From positions 41,926-105,925 of the forward strand of contig JAJXUE010000001.1 in NCBI GenBank assembly GCA_021783135.1: a stretch of DNA of 64,000 bases, in the 5' to 3' direction. Below the pieces are notes generated by a model. The model was not told the origin of the DNA. It made no database searches and saw nothing but the letters and a program-made list of their open reading frames with translations. Of this stretch, positions 8,973-18,704 are shown piece by piece (the stretch's first letter is position 1; each line of letters starts with the position of its first letter). The translations under genes were made by a program, and so were the position numbers. This stretch comes from Bacillota bacterium (lineage in GTDB: Bacteria; Bacillota; Desulfitobacteriia; Desulfitobacteriales; JAJXUE01).

Positions 8973-9743
8973 TTAATTTAGGGTAATACCGAATAGGCGG
9001 CAGCTGTTTGCAGCCGTAATTGCACCCAATTGGCCAGGATCTATCTTTTTTATTGCAGCAAGTTTTTCCAACACAAGTTGAACATTTGCCGGTTCATTAC
9101 GCCTGCCCCTTAAAGGCTCAGGGGTTAAATACGGCGAATCGGTCTCAATCAACAACCTATCCAAGGGTATCTTAGCAGCCACTTCTTGTAACTTAACCGC
9201 GTTCTTAAAGGTAACTGGACCAGCAAAGGAAATGAATAGACCTAAGTCTAGTACGATTTTAGCGGTCTCCCAACTACCCGAAAAGCAATGCATCACCCCA
9301 CCGTTTTGCGGCGGTTCGTTGCGGATTAAATCAATCACATCTTGATGTGCATCTCTATTGTGCACAATTATGGGCAGCCCCAGGTCATTGGCAATATGCA
9401 GCTGAGCAGCAAACCCATCGCGTTGCGCAGCACGAGGCGACAAGTCACGATAATAATCTAACCCTATCTCCCCAATTGCAACTACCTTTGGTTGCCGGGC
9501 AAGACTAGCCAAAGCTTCCCATTCTTGTTCCGTAACGGCGCTTACATCATGCGGATGAATACCAACAGCTGCATATATCTCGGGATATTTGGCAGCTAAG
9601 GCCAGTGATTTACGGCTAGACGCAAGATCATATCCTACATTAATTACCGCACCGACTCCTCGTGCCCGTAACCGAGCAATAACTTCCTCACGGTCAACAT
9701 CAAAGCGCTGGTCATCGATATGGGCGTGACTTTCAACAATCAT
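8973..9743 (-). CDS. tatD: TatD-family metal-dependent hydrolase (YabD)
   Basis: SHAHID start motif, EIGLDY, HCFSG and ETDSPYL motifs. Overlaps the metG stop by 4 nt. Confidence 0.9.
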   Translation of the reverse strand: MIVESHAHIDDQRFDVDREEVIARLRARGVGAVINVGYDLASSRKSLALAAKYPEIYAAVGIHPHDVSAVTEQEWEALASLARQPKVVAIGEIGLDYYRDLSPRAAQRDGFAAQLHIANDLGLPIIVHNRDAHQDVIDLIRNEPPQNGGVMHCFSGSWETAKIVLDLGLFISFAGPVTFKNAVKLQEVAAKIPLDRLLIETDSPYLTPEPLRGRRNEPANVQLVLEKLAAIKKIDPGQLGAITAANSCRLFGITLN

Positions 9744-11686
9744 TTCACCTTAGCTCCACTCGGTAAATCTTGAACTACATTTAGCACTTCCAATTTATCA
9801 TCATGGCTAGCCGCTAATATCATCCCTTGTGATACAATTCCGCGCAATTTTACCGGCACTAAATTGGCAACCAAAATTACAGATTTCCCCACCAAGTCAC
9901 CCGGCTGATAGTACTGGGCAATACCCGAAACAACAGTGCGCCTCTCGCCACCCATCTCAACTTCTAATTTAAGCAGCTTATCAGTTTTAGCCACCTTTTC
10001 GACCCCAATAACCTTAGCCACGCGCAAGTCAATTGCGGCAAAGTCCTCTATTGTTATCTGCTTCACATCAGTTACCGGTTTACTTGCTTGAGGTTGCGTT
10101 GGTGGTTGCTCAATAATAGCTTCACTTGGTAGAGCGGGCCTAGCTTCCTCAATACGTGGGAATAGAGCAGCACCTCGATCAATCCTAGACCCTTGCGTCA
10201 AAACTCCCCATGTCGCTGAATCCCACGTATGCAACTCCGGATATTCAGTTAGCCCCAATTGTGTCCATACTTTCGCCGGTACTTTAGGCATAAAAGGAGT
10301 GCATAAAACTGTAATAATACGCAAAGACTCGGCAAAGGTGTAAAGAACTGTGTCCAAGCGAGCCGCTTGACTTGCTTCTTTTGCCAGGCCCCAAGGTGCT
10401 GTTTCATCCACATATTTATTAATGCGCCCTACAAGCAGCCAAATTGAAGTTAAGGCATTACTAAAATCAAATGATTCAAGATATTGCTCAACCATACGCT
10501 TGGTCTGTGCGGTCAAATCAATTATTTGCTGTTCCAGCGGAGTGTTTTCACCTGGCAGCGGTATGACGCCATTGCGATACTTTAGAATCATGGCAGTTGT
10601 CCTGGACAAAAGATTACCATAATCATTAGCCAAATCACTATTGATTCTCTCTACTAATGCATCCTCTGAATAATAGCCGTCACTGCCGACTTGTAACTCC
10701 CGTAAGAGAAAGTAGCGGATTGCGTCCGAACCGTACATTTCGATTAATTGAAAAGCGTCTTGCACGTTACCCCGTGATTTAGAAATTTTCCCGCCTTCCT
10801 TACCTAAAAACCACCCATGTCCATATACCATCTTTGGTGGCTCTATACCGAGTGCTAAGAGAATAATCGGCCAAATAACTGCATGAAACCGTACGATATC
10901 TTTACCCATAAGATGGACTCCAGGCCAATATTGGTCAAACAGGTGAGCATCATCCGTACCAAATCCCAAGGCGGATATATAGTTAATTAGCGCATCCAGC
11001 CAGACATAGACGACATGCTTCGGATCAAAAGGGACCGGAATTCCCCATTTAAATGTAGTACGGGAAACACATAAATCTTCCAAACCTCCTTTGATAAAAC
11101 TAATCATCTCATTGCGCCTAGCCACCGGTTGAATAAAATCGGGATTTGCTTCAATGTACGCTAGCAGCCGATCCTGATATTTAGAAAGCCGAAAGAAGTA
11201 ACTTTCTTCTTTAATCAATTCAACCGGACGCCCACAGTCAGGGTTAGGACATTTATTGTCCACAAGCTTATTTTCTGTCCAAAAGGTCTCACACGGAGTG
11301 CAATATAATCCCTCATACTCGGACTTATAAATGTCTCCTTGCTCGTGTAGCTTGGCAAAAATATGTTGTACGACAATTTTATGCCGTTCTTCCGTCGTTC
11401 GAATAAAATCATCGTTTGAAATGTCCAACAGTTGCCATAATTCTTGGAACTTAGCCACTATTCCATCCACATATTCCTTTGTAGGTACACCTTCAGCCTG
11501 AGCCGTGCGAGCAATCTTCTGTGCGTTTTCATCTGTCCCTGTGAGGAACCTTACATCAAATCCTCTTAGGCGCTTATAGCGGGCAATTGTATCCGCGGCT
11601 ATAGTGGTATATGCTGTACCTATGTGTGGGTTGGAGTTTGGATAATAAATCGGGGTAGTAATATAAAATACACCTTTGTTTTCCAT
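9740..11686 (-). CDS. metG: methionine--tRNA ligase with C-terminal tRNA-binding (Trbp111-like) domain
   Basis: Track ORF trimmed to ATG 11686 (RBS GGGAGGATGA). PIYYPNSNPHIGT (HIGH-type) and KISKSRGN (KMSKS) motifs. Preceded by a T-box leader. Confidence 0.95.
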   Translation of the reverse strand: MENKGVFYITTPIYYPNSNPHIGTAYTTIAADTIARYKRLRGFDVRFLTGTDENAQKIARTAQAEGVPTKEYVDGIVAKFQELWQLLDISNDDFIRTTEERHKIVVQHIFAKLHEQGDIYKSEYEGLYCTPCETFWTENKLVDNKCPNPDCGRPVELIKEESYFFRLSKYQDRLLAYIEANPDFIQPVARRNEMISFIKGGLEDLCVSRTTFKWGIPVPFDPKHVVYVWLDALINYISALGFGTDDAHLFDQYWPGVHLMGKDIVRFHAVIWPIILLALGIEPPKMVYGHGWFLGKEGGKISKSRGNVQDAFQLIEMYGSDAIRYFLLRELQVGSDGYYSEDALVERINSDLANDYGNLLSRTTAMILKYRNGVIPLPGENTPLEQQIIDLTAQTKRMVEQYLESFDFSNALTSIWLLVGRINKYVDETAPWGLAKEASQAARLDTVLYTFAESLRIITVLCTPFMPKVPAKVWTQLGLTEYPELHTWDSATWGVLTQGSRIDRGAALFPRIEEARPALPSEAIIEQPPTQPQASKPVTDVKQITIEDFAAIDLRVAKVIGVEKVAKTDKLLKLEVEMGGERRTVVSGIAQYYQPGDLVGKSVILVANLVPVKLRGIVSQGMILAASHDDKLEVLNVVQDLPSGAKVK

Positions 11687-11705
11687 AAAATCATCCTCCC
11701 AAAAC

Positions 11706-11971
11706 GCAAAAATAAAAACTCCCATCCCGGCAAGGGGCGAGAGTTTCGCGGTACCACCCTATTCACCCGGTATAAACCGAGTCTCAAACGAGCATTAGCT
11801 CTGCCTTGTAACGGAGGACTTCCGGTTGAGTCTACTGACAACATCAATTTCAACCCAACAGCTCTGGGGCCATTTTCTCCCTTGTTCCTATGCGGTCTTC
11901 CACCGTCTACCGCTCGCTAAAATAGGTTGAAAAAGGGGTACTCTCCCCATCATAGCCTCTTGCTTAATGTG
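11706..11971 (-). promoter_or_regulatory. T-box riboswitch leader of metG, probable Met (AUG) specifier
   Basis: The minus strand carries the conserved T-box sequence AGGGTGGTACCGCG (plus-strand cgcggtaccaccct at 11748-11761). A terminator stem plus TTTTTATTTTT follows (11707-11744). Stem I elements are a GGTGGAA distal loop and an AGAGTA GA-motif. AUG (11873-11871) plus a purine sits just 5' of the CCCC helix strand, as expected for a specifier codon. Confidence 0.85.
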
Positions 11972-11977
11972 TATTTG

Positions 11978-12007
11978 AGTATACCCGCTATAAGCCATTC
12001 TTGTCAA
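11978..12007 (-). promoter_or_regulatory. sigma-A type promoter for the metG T-box leader
   Basis: Minus strand TTGACA (12007-12002), 18-nt spacer, TATACT (11983-11978). Confidence 0.55.
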
Positions 12008-12056
12008 GTATAACCAAAATGATTGCTATTTATACAAAAATAGGCAAAAAAATTCG

Positions 12057-12117
12057 TTGACTTATAATGGAATCATTGGTATCATAAGGTTGTAATAAAT
12101 TGTCGAAACTTGTTGAA
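12057..12117 (+). promoter_or_regulatory. abrB promoter with two tandem Spo0A boxes in the leader
   Basis: TTGACT (12057-12062), 17 nt, TATCAT (12080-12085). TGTCGAA (12101-12107) and TGTTGAA (12111-12117) lie one helical turn apart downstream of the -10, resembling the 0A-box arrangement known at B. subtilis abrB. Confidence 0.55.
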
Positions 12118-12131
12118 GGGGGAAATCTAGT

Positions 12132-12380
12132 ATGAAATCTACTGGCATCGTACGTAAAGTTGACGAATTGGGTCGCGTTGTTCTGCCTATCGAGCTGCGC
12201 CGCACCTTGGGAATTGACGAAAAGGATGCACTGGAAATCTATGTAGACCAAGAGAAAATCATCCTCAAGAAATATGAACCTGCTTGTGTCTTCTGTGGTA
12301 ACGCTAGTCAGGTCCAAGTTTTCAAAGGAAAAAATGTGTGCCGTGAATGCGCGCAAGCCATGAGCTCTCAAGCCGTATAA
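12132..12380 (+). CDS. abrB: transition-state regulator AbrB
   Basis: MKSTGIVRKVDELGRVVLPIELRRTLGI is the SpoVT/AbrB swapped-hairpin N-domain. Adjacent to metG as in B. subtilis. Confidence 0.92.
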   Translation: MKSTGIVRKVDELGRVVLPIELRRTLGIDEKDALEIYVDQEKIILKKYEPACVFCGNASQVQVFKGKNVCRECAQAMSSQAV

Positions 12381-12394
12381 TTAGTACATGTCAC

Positions 12395-12426
12395 AACAAC
12401 CGGTTTAACAACCGGTTGTTTTTTTA
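12395..12426. terminator. bidirectional terminator shared by abrB and rsmI
   Basis: 11-bp stem AACAACCGGTT / AACCGGTTGTT with loop TAAC, then TTTTTTT on the plus strand. The last codons and the stop of rsmI lie inside the hairpin. Confidence 0.8.
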
Positions 12427-13250
12427 TCCTTTTCTTTTATAAATGCATTGTAAATTTCTCTTTTAGGCACTTGATACTTTTCTGCCAGCACCTTAAATGC
12501 AGCCTTTTGTTCCAAGCCAGCTTGAAGCAGACCTGTAATTTCCTCACCCCAACTACTGGGGACACTTGGAACCTCGGTCACAGGCGCAGATAAAAAGACT
12601 ACTAATTCTCCACGAGCCGGAACTTCAGCTAAACGCTGCAACACTGCGGAAACCCTTCCCCGGATTATTTCTTGGTGCAGCTTGGTTAGTTCCCGCGCAA
12701 TTACGAGTTCAATATCCCCGCGCGTGGCCAAAACGTCTTGTAAAAACTTTTGCAACCGGTGAGGTGCTTCATAAAATATTTGAGTTGCCACGACATCTTT
12801 AAGTTTGTTCAAGGCATCTTTTCTGGCCTTTTCTGAAGTTGGCATAAAACCGGCAAAGTAAAATGGCGTGCACGGTAAGCCTGAAAGCACCAACCCACTA
12901 GTAAAAGCACTGGGCCCAGGTATCACGTCAACCTCAATTCCCGCAAGGATAGCCTCACGCACTAGAACTTCGCCCGGATCTGAAATGCCCGGCATACCTG
13001 CGTCCGACACCAATGCCACATCATTATCGGCTTTTAAATATGCAATTAATTCCGCAGCTTTACTTTTTTCGTTATGTTGATGATAGCTGGTCAGAGGGGT
13101 TTTGATGGCAAAGTGATTTAATAATTTATGAGTGTGGCGCGTATCCTCTGCGGCGATTAAATTGACATTTTTCAGCGTCTCTAACGCTCGGAGCGTGATA
13201 TCTTGCAAATTACCAATCGGTGTTGCACACAAATAAAGTTTTCCTGCCAA
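12405..13250 (-). CDS. rsmI: 16S rRNA (cytidine1402-2'-O)-methyltransferase RsmI (YabC)
   Basis: GKLYLCATPIGNLQDITLRALETL...AAEDTRHT matches the tetrapyrrole-methylase-fold RsmI N-terminus. Confidence 0.9.
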   Translation of the reverse strand: MAGKLYLCATPIGNLQDITLRALETLKNVNLIAAEDTRHTHKLLNHFAIKTPLTSYHQHNEKSKAAELIAYLKADNDVALVSDAGMPGISDPGEVLVREAILAGIEVDVIPGPSAFTSGLVLSGLPCTPFYFAGFMPTSEKARKDALNKLKDVVATQIFYEAPHRLQKFLQDVLATRGDIELVIARELTKLHQEIIRGRVSAVLQRLAEVPARGELVVFLSAPVTEVPSVPSSWGEEITGLLQAGLEQKAAFKVLAEKYQVPKREIYNAFIKEKDKKTTGC

Positions 13251-13252
13251 GT

Positions 13253-13981
13253 TTAGCTCATCCCACTTTCTAAACCCTGCCCGGCAAAATATACATTGTT
13301 CATTTCTCGTGTATAATCTCCATTGGCTTCATAAACAATCAAAGGAGGTTCGACAACACCATCAACATTTCGTCCATACTGACATTCCAACAAAAAAGTA
13401 CTCGCCTTATGTTGCACGTCATGGTGCACAAAGCGTATCCTTACCGCACCCAAGCTATTATCATCGATACACTTGAGTACCTCTTTTAAACCGGACGCAC
13501 GATAAATCAAGGCCAACCTCCCTTTCTCCCGCAGTAATTGCGCGGCGGATTTAACCACGTCCGCAATTGTGAGCCCGGTCTGACTTCTAGCCGTTGCTCG
13601 AGCCTTGTGTGGCGCAACTGTTCCACCCCGGACTGAAAAAAAGGGGGGGTTGACAGTGATAAGATCAAAAATGTGCGGTTCGATACCATTGGTACAAATA
13701 TCACTTGTAATGATATCTATTTGTTCACCAAGATTATTTAAAATAACATTTCGTCTTGCTAAATTGCTAAGCTCAGGTTGAATTTCAATACCCGTAATTT
13801 TTATTTCCTTAGCCCGACTAGTTAACAATAAAGGTACGATTCCTGAACCGCAACAAAAGTCGCAAATGCGCATGCCTTTCTTAAGCATAGGAAAATTGGC
13901 CAGAAGTACTCCCTCCAGGCCAAACTTTGGCAACTCGTCACTTTGAATAATGCGCAATCTATTGCGAAAAAGATCATCCAT
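13253..13981 (-). CDS. SAM-dependent methyltransferase, YabB / tRNA (adenine37-N6) TrmN6-like
   Basis: Track ORF trimmed to ATG 13981 (RBS GAGAGG), which avoids overlap with yabA. DFCCGSGIV SAM motif and VNPPFF N6-adenine MTase motif. Confidence 0.8.
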   Translation of the reverse strand: MDDLFRNRLRIIQSDELPKFGLEGVLLANFPMLKKGMRICDFCCGSGIVPLLLTSRAKEIKITGIEIQPELSNLARRNVILNNLGEQIDIITSDICTNGIEPHIFDLITVNPPFFSVRGGTVAPHKARATARSQTGLTIADVVKSAAQLLREKGRLALIYRASGLKEVLKCIDDNSLGAVRIRFVHHDVQHKASTFLLECQYGRNVDGVVEPPLIVYEANGDYTREMNNVYFAGQGLESGMS

Positions 13982-13998
13982 CCTCTCGCCAGGATAAA

Positions 13999-14313
13999 TT
14001 ACAGGTCCTCCTTGCGCAGAAACCCTACACAAAATAAACAGTCTCCTTCGCGAATTTGACCAAAATGCAAATGACAAACATGAAAACCTTCACTGTACAG
14101 TCTACTTAAATTGCCATAGCCTTCGCCTTGTATTTTCGCCGCATTAGCCACAACCTTTGCATTCTCTGCTTCACCCAAAGAGCATAATTCACGTCTTAGA
14201 CGCACATTATCCTCTTCCAGAGCGTGTGAATAAATACGCAGCCTTTGTACTTCCTGCAAAAGAGATGTCAGTTTCTCCTCTACCTCTGTCAAAGCCTGAG
14301 TTAACTGTTTCAT
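13999..14313 (-). CDS. yabA: DNA replication initiation control protein YabA
   Basis: N-terminal coiled coil ([14 protein letters not shown]...) and a C-terminal Cys/His zinc motif (CHLHFG...CLFC). Conserved position after yaaT. Confidence 0.85.
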   Translation of the reverse strand: MKQLTQALTEVEEKLTSLLQEVQRLRIYSHALEEDNVRLRRELCSLGEAENAKVVANAAKIQGEGYGNLSRLYSEGFHVCHLHFGQIREGDCLFCVGFLRKEDL

Positions 14314-14987
14314 TCATTTTCCGCCCCTTTGTAGCCAATACCTTCAATATCGTAACTATTGTTTTCGTACTTAAGACAACACATTAGTCGTCCACATATG
14401 CCCGAAATTTTAGTCGGATTCAAAGAGAGGCGTTGATCCTTGGCCATACGGATGGATACAGGTTCAAAATCGCCCAGGAAGGTTGAGCAACAAAGGAGTC
14501 TGCCACACGACCCAACTCCGCCAAGCATTTTGGCCTCATCTCTCACACCGATTTGCCTTAACTCAATTCTCGTCCTAAAAATAGCAGCCAAATCTTTAAC
14601 AAGTTCGCGGAAATCTACCCGACCTTCAGCCGTGAAAGAGAAAATAATCTTATTGCCGTCAAAGGTATATTCAACGTCAACCAATTTCATAGGCAAATGA
14701 TGCTCCTGAATTTTGCGCAAGCAAATTTGAAAAGCGTCTTTTTCCTTGCCCTTATTCTCTTCAACTAACTTGCCGTCATCTGGCGTAGCTTTACGCATAA
14801 CTCTCTTTAAGGGCGGTACAACTTCTTCTTCAGAAACTAATTTCGGTACGACCACGACTTCACCGTATTCAATTCCTCGCGCGGTTTCTACTATAGCCTT
14901 GTCCTCTAAGGATAGCTCCAAATCGGCCGGGTCGAAGTAGTATATTTTACCCGCTCGTTTAAATCGAATACCCACCACCTTAATCAC
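14310..14987 (-). CDS. ricT: PSP1-domain protein YaaT/RicT (stage 0 sporulation, RNase Y specificity complex)
   Basis: [20 protein letters not shown] start and the C-terminal Cys cluster CGRLLCC...CGRLMCC are typical of YaaT. Confidence 0.85.
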   Translation of the reverse strand: MIKVVGIRFKRAGKIYYFDPADLELSLEDKAIVETARGIEYGEVVVVPKLVSEEEVVPPLKRVMRKATPDDGKLVEENKGKEKDAFQICLRKIQEHHLPMKLVDVEYTFDGNKIIFSFTAEGRVDFRELVKDLAAIFRTRIELRQIGVRDEAKMLGGVGSCGRLLCCSTFLGDFEPVSIRMAKDQRLSLNPTKISGICGRLMCCLKYENNSYDIEGIGYKGAENE

Positions 14988-15005
14988 ATCAAGTACCTCC
15001 CTATA

Positions 15006-15965
15006 TTACGCCAAATTTGCCAGGCGCAGACCTAATACATCCAAGATTAACTTATTATTTGCTTGCTTTCTCTTCCATTCGTCGGCTACCAACACAAATT
15101 GCAATGCTTGTTGCAGACTGGATTGTGACAAGTTTAGAGCTTGGGCCAATTCCGCTTCTTGTTCCAAGACACCTATATCGCGGCGAAAGGCGTCCCGCAA
15201 CAAGAATAAAAGCTGTTCAAGAAATTGACCCATATCTAGTTTGTCTTTCTCATAGGATTCAATTGCTTTGTAAATTCTAAAGTAGTCTTTGCTTAAAGCC
15301 CCTTGCAAGTATTGAAAGGCGTAGTTGCGCGCCTTAAACAGCTGTTCATCCTCAACTATTTCCAAAGCATGCCCTAAAGACCCAAAAGCCAAATTTGCTG
15401 CCAATGGAACCCTTTCACCTGAGTAACCATGGCGTTCCAACACAGTTTGGATAGTTGCAGAGGCAAGTGGTGCAAAATTTATCTTCTGACAACGGGAAAG
15501 CACTGTTGCCGGAATAGCCTGAGGGTTTTCTGTGATAAGGATGAACACAGCATTGCCTGGTGGCTCTTCAAGTATTTTTAACAGACTATTACTCGCCTGG
15601 AGAGTTGCTTTATGCATATCCTCAAGGATGAAGACCTTATATTCTCCCTCATAGACCTTAGTATGCGCCAATTTTTGTAGCTGTCGCACTTGCTCTATCC
15701 GGAAACTTTGTCCCATTGGCTTAAGCTTTACAACGTCCGGATGGTTATCGTGCAACGACTTCTGGCAGGACAGACACACTCCACAAGGCTTATTAAGCTT
15801 GTTTTCACAATTAAGCCCCTGGGCAAAAATTGCTGCGGTCAGTCTCTTGCCCACACCACTCGGTCCCGTAAACAGGTAAGCATGGGCGGCTTTTCCTGTA
15901 TTTAACACGTGCCTTAAAACCTTGACAGCTGCTGTTTGCCCAACCACCCTCGAAAAGTCAGACAT
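15006..15965 (-). CDS. holB: DNA polymerase III subunit delta'
   Basis: Track ORF trimmed to ATG 15965 (RBS GAGGG). HAYLFTGPSGVGK P-loop-like motif, CGVCLSC zinc module and SRC motif (LSRCQ). Confidence 0.88.
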   Translation of the reverse strand: MSDFSRVVGQTAAVKVLRHVLNTGKAAHAYLFTGPSGVGKRLTAAIFAQGLNCENKLNKPCGVCLSCQKSLHDNHPDVVKLKPMGQSFRIEQVRQLQKLAHTKVYEGEYKVFILEDMHKATLQASNSLLKILEEPPGNAVFILITENPQAIPATVLSRCQKINFAPLASATIQTVLERHGYSGERVPLAANLAFGSLGHALEIVEDEQLFKARNYAFQYLQGALSKDYFRIYKAIESYEKDKLDMGQFLEQLLFLLRDAFRRDIGVLEQEAELAQALNLSQSSLQQALQFVLVADEWKRKQANNKLILDVLGLRLANLA

Positions 15966-15999
15966 ATACACCCTCACAATTTTCTGTTAAATTTGGCAA

Positions 16000-16623
16000 T
16001 CAATCGTTGATCAGTTCCAGCACTTTTGCCTTGATAACTGCATTGATTTGTTCTGGCGATAGTAATGCATCGATTACCATAAATCTGTCCGGTTCTGCTG
16101 CGGCAGCCGTTAAATATGCCTGCCGTACCGTTGTATGAAAACTTATGCTTTCCCGCTCAATACGATCAGGTAGACTCTGGCGTGTACGAATCCTGTTTAG
16201 TCCATTTTTCGGTTCAATGTCCAGCAACACTGTTAGTTTAGGGCAAATTCCTGCAACTGCAAGATTGTTGGCCTGTCGAACCTGATTCGCTCCCAAACCC
16301 CTTCCCCCACCTTGGTAAGCAATACTTGCATCGAGAAAGCGATCGCACAAAAGTATTGTGCCATTCCTGAGACAGGGCTTTATCACTGTCTGAACCAGTT
16401 CTGCGCGGGCTGCAGCGTAGAGCATTACTTCCGCTTCAGGGCAAATTTTCTGGTCAGGATCCAACAATATTTCCCTAATCTTTTCACCCAGAATGGTTCC
16501 GCCCGGTTCACGAATAATTTCCACAGGCACTCCAAGCGGCTCCAACGATTTGGCTAGTAACTGAATTTGTGTCGTTTTTCCTGCCCCTTCCGGGCCTTCG
16601 AAGCTTATCAGTAAACCGTCCAT
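16000..16623 (-). CDS. tmk: thymidylate kinase
   Basis: ISFEGPEGAGKTTQ P-loop and DRF motif (CDRFLDAS). Confidence 0.95.
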   Translation of the reverse strand: MDGLLISFEGPEGAGKTTQIQLLAKSLEPLGVPVEIIREPGGTILGEKIREILLDPDQKICPEAEVMLYAAARAELVQTVIKPCLRNGTILLCDRFLDASIAYQGGGRGLGANQVRQANNLAVAGICPKLTVLLDIEPKNGLNRIRTRQSLPDRIERESISFHTTVRQAYLTAAAAEPDRFMVIDALLSPEQINAVIKAKVLELIND

Positions 16624-18053
16624 TATCTCGTCTCCTTAAGCACCATAACTTGCTGCAAAGTAGGGTCTGAGTTACCCTGCCAGTGGACATCGGCTTGTTT
16701 GGCTGCGGTAATATAATCAACAATTTCTGCATTAATTATCTCACCCGGTACAATTAAGGGTATGCCCGGTGGATAAGGTGCCAGTGTCTCCGCGCAAACT
16801 CTGCCTACTGACTCCTTCAGACGAACTGCTACCTTTTCCGTAAAATAAGCCTCGCGTGGCGTTAAGCATTGCCTTGGCAATTCGGGCAAAGTCTGGCAGG
16901 TTAGCGTAACATGCTCTGAAGTTACGGTATTCAGCAAAGCATTCTCCAAGTAGGCTATACTTTCTTCTGTATCACCCACACCTAATAGAAACAAAATATT
17001 ATTTTCATCCCATAATTCCGGTTGAATCCCATAGTTATCAATCAGTGCGGCCAAAATCGTCCTGCTGCTTGGCGTACTAACTAAAATCTTGGTGGAGTCA
17101 ACGTCAGCTATGCCATAGGTGTCGATATCATTACTATTTAGTACCCTGACGCCCCTTGCTAGCATTTTTTTCTTTAATAGGTCTGCTCTGGCTGCCAAGC
17201 CTGTCCAATGCTTTTGTCCTGTTCTATAGCCATCGTACGTGGCTCCTTCAAGTGAAGCCATAATTAAGTAAGACGGGCTGGTAGTCTGCAGCAAATCAAG
17301 CGCTTGCTTTACTCTTACATGATAGCAGAATGCCGCATCGCCTAAGTGAAGCATTGCGCCCTGCGTTAGCGACCCTAGTGTTTTATGGGTGCTATGTACA
17401 ACTATATCCGCTCCCAATTTCAGAGCGGATATAGGCATGCTGTCACTAAAAGGGAAATGGGCACCGTGCGCCTCATCTGCTATCAACAAACCGTGCCAAA
17501 CCTCGCGCACTTCTTGCAAACACCATGTAGTGCCATAATAGGTCGGATACAAGGCTACAAGCGCCTTTAAGCCGGGTGTCTTTACTATTTTATCGGCAAC
17601 TTGCAAACTATTAATCCCTAAAGGTAAGTTAAAATCCGGGTGGATTACCGGCATATAATAAATGGGTCTAGCCCCTGACAATATTAAACCGGCAGTAACT
17701 GATTTATGCGCGTTTCTGGGAATCATGACCGTGTCACCCGGACCCAAGCAAGCCAAAAAGGCAGCCTGAATGCCAACCGAAGCTCCATTCACGAGGAAAA
17801 ATGAGGCCTTGGCCCCGCACCAACTAGCACAATTTAGCTGCGCTTCAGCAATAATCCCTGTAGGCTGATGCAGATCATCAAGACCGGGTATTTCAGTAAG
17901 ATCAAGTGCGCCCAAAGACTGGTCTAGCAGCGATGAGGCAAGCCCTTTACCCCCCTTATGACCAGGAGTGTGAAATGCATGTCTGTTTTGTGCCACATAA
18001 TCTAACATGGCCGTAAGTAACGGTAAAGAATCGGGAATTTGCATAACCCCCAA
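16623..18053 (-). CDS. Orn/Lys/Arg decarboxylase family PLP enzyme (YaaO-like)
   Basis: FHTPGHKGG N-terminal motif and STHKTLGSLTQ (PLP lysine). Upstream of tmk as in B. subtilis. Confidence 0.85.
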   Translation of the reverse strand: MGVMQIPDSLPLLTAMLDYVAQNRHAFHTPGHKGGKGLASSLLDQSLGALDLTEIPGLDDLHQPTGIIAEAQLNCASWCGAKASFFLVNGASVGIQAAFLACLGPGDTVMIPRNAHKSVTAGLILSGARPIYYMPVIHPDFNLPLGINSLQVADKIVKTPGLKALVALYPTYYGTTWCLQEVREVWHGLLIADEAHGAHFPFSDSMPISALKLGADIVVHSTHKTLGSLTQGAMLHLGDAAFCYHVRVKQALDLLQTTSPSYLIMASLEGATYDGYRTGQKHWTGLAARADLLKKKMLARGVRVLNSNDIDTYGIADVDSTKILVSTPSSRTILAALIDNYGIQPELWDENNILFLLGVGDTEESIAYLENALLNTVTSEHVTLTCQTLPELPRQCLTPREAYFTEKVAVRLKESVGRVCAETLAPYPPGIPLIVPGEIINAEIVDYITAAKQADVHWQGNSDPTLQQVMVLKETR

Positions 18054-18138
18054 ATAAAGTTATTATTTAATTTTACCATATATGTTCGGGTAATTCCATC
18101 CGCCTGCCGGATTAGTAAAGGCCGGGATAATCCCGACC

Positions 18139-18336
18139 TCACATCTTAGAGACCCACAAAATCTTTAACTTTTCAATTATAGCGTCATAATCTATCGAAC
18201 AAGTATCTAAATCAAGGATTTTTTGTTCACAGCCATGACACAGGAATTTGCTCCGCAAAACTACTCCGTCCATTATTCCCATGGGGGGTGTCTCGCCACA
18301 GAGAATACACTTTGGCAAAAGATTGCTGTTGTACAC
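18139..18336 (-). CDS. csfB: sigma-G inhibitor Gin/CsfB
   Basis: Two CxxC pairs (CILCGE, CHGCEQ). Track ORF 18139..18402 trimmed to GTG 18336, which has AAGGAG 7 nt upstream, giving 65 aa, about the size of B. subtilis CsfB. Conserved neighbourhood. Confidence 0.7.
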   Translation of the reverse strand: MYNSNLLPKCILCGETPPMGIMDGVVLRSKFLCHGCEQKILDLDTCSIDYDAIIEKLKILWVSKM

Positions 18337-18503
18337 ACTACCGCTCCTTACTCTTTCTTTGGCTATATTGTTACCGACATATGTACACCTTAGTCTATAC
18401 AAAGTATGCGAAGCTAAGTTGACCGTGTGCCAAAGGAATGGTAAGTTACCCGATTATAATAATTGACCCTATACGCAATACTAAGTTCAAGGGGGGGTTG
18501 TGT

Positions 18504-18662
18504 ATGCAACAAGGTGATGAAAGTAAATATCAGCCAACTGAATCCCATGTAACCGCGGCTTGGGCCAATATCGAACGTTTAGCACCAGTGTCCCATATAC
18601 CTATTCCACACCCGTCCGAAGTAGAAAATGCCAAAGAATGGGTAGACAGCAATCAAAAATAA
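18504..18662 (+). CDS. small conserved hypothetical protein (52 aa)
   Basis: ATG 18504 lies 6 nt after a GGGGGGG RBS. TAAWANIE...NAKEWVDSNQK resembles a small clostridial protein family (possibly DUF3787; name from memory, unverified). Confidence 0.45.
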   Translation: MQQGDESKYQPTESHVTAAWANIERLAPVSHIPIPHPSEVENAKEWVDSNQK

Positions 18663-18666
18663 ACTT

Positions 18667-18697
18667 AAGGGGGGAAGTGCTTAGCACTTCCCCCCTT
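18667..18697. terminator. perfect 14-bp GC-rich hairpin between convergent genes (putative bidirectional terminator)
   Basis: AAGGGGGGAAGTGC tta GCACTTCCCCCCTT. There is no long U tract on either side. Confidence 0.55.
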
Positions 18698-18704
18698 AGG
18701 TACC

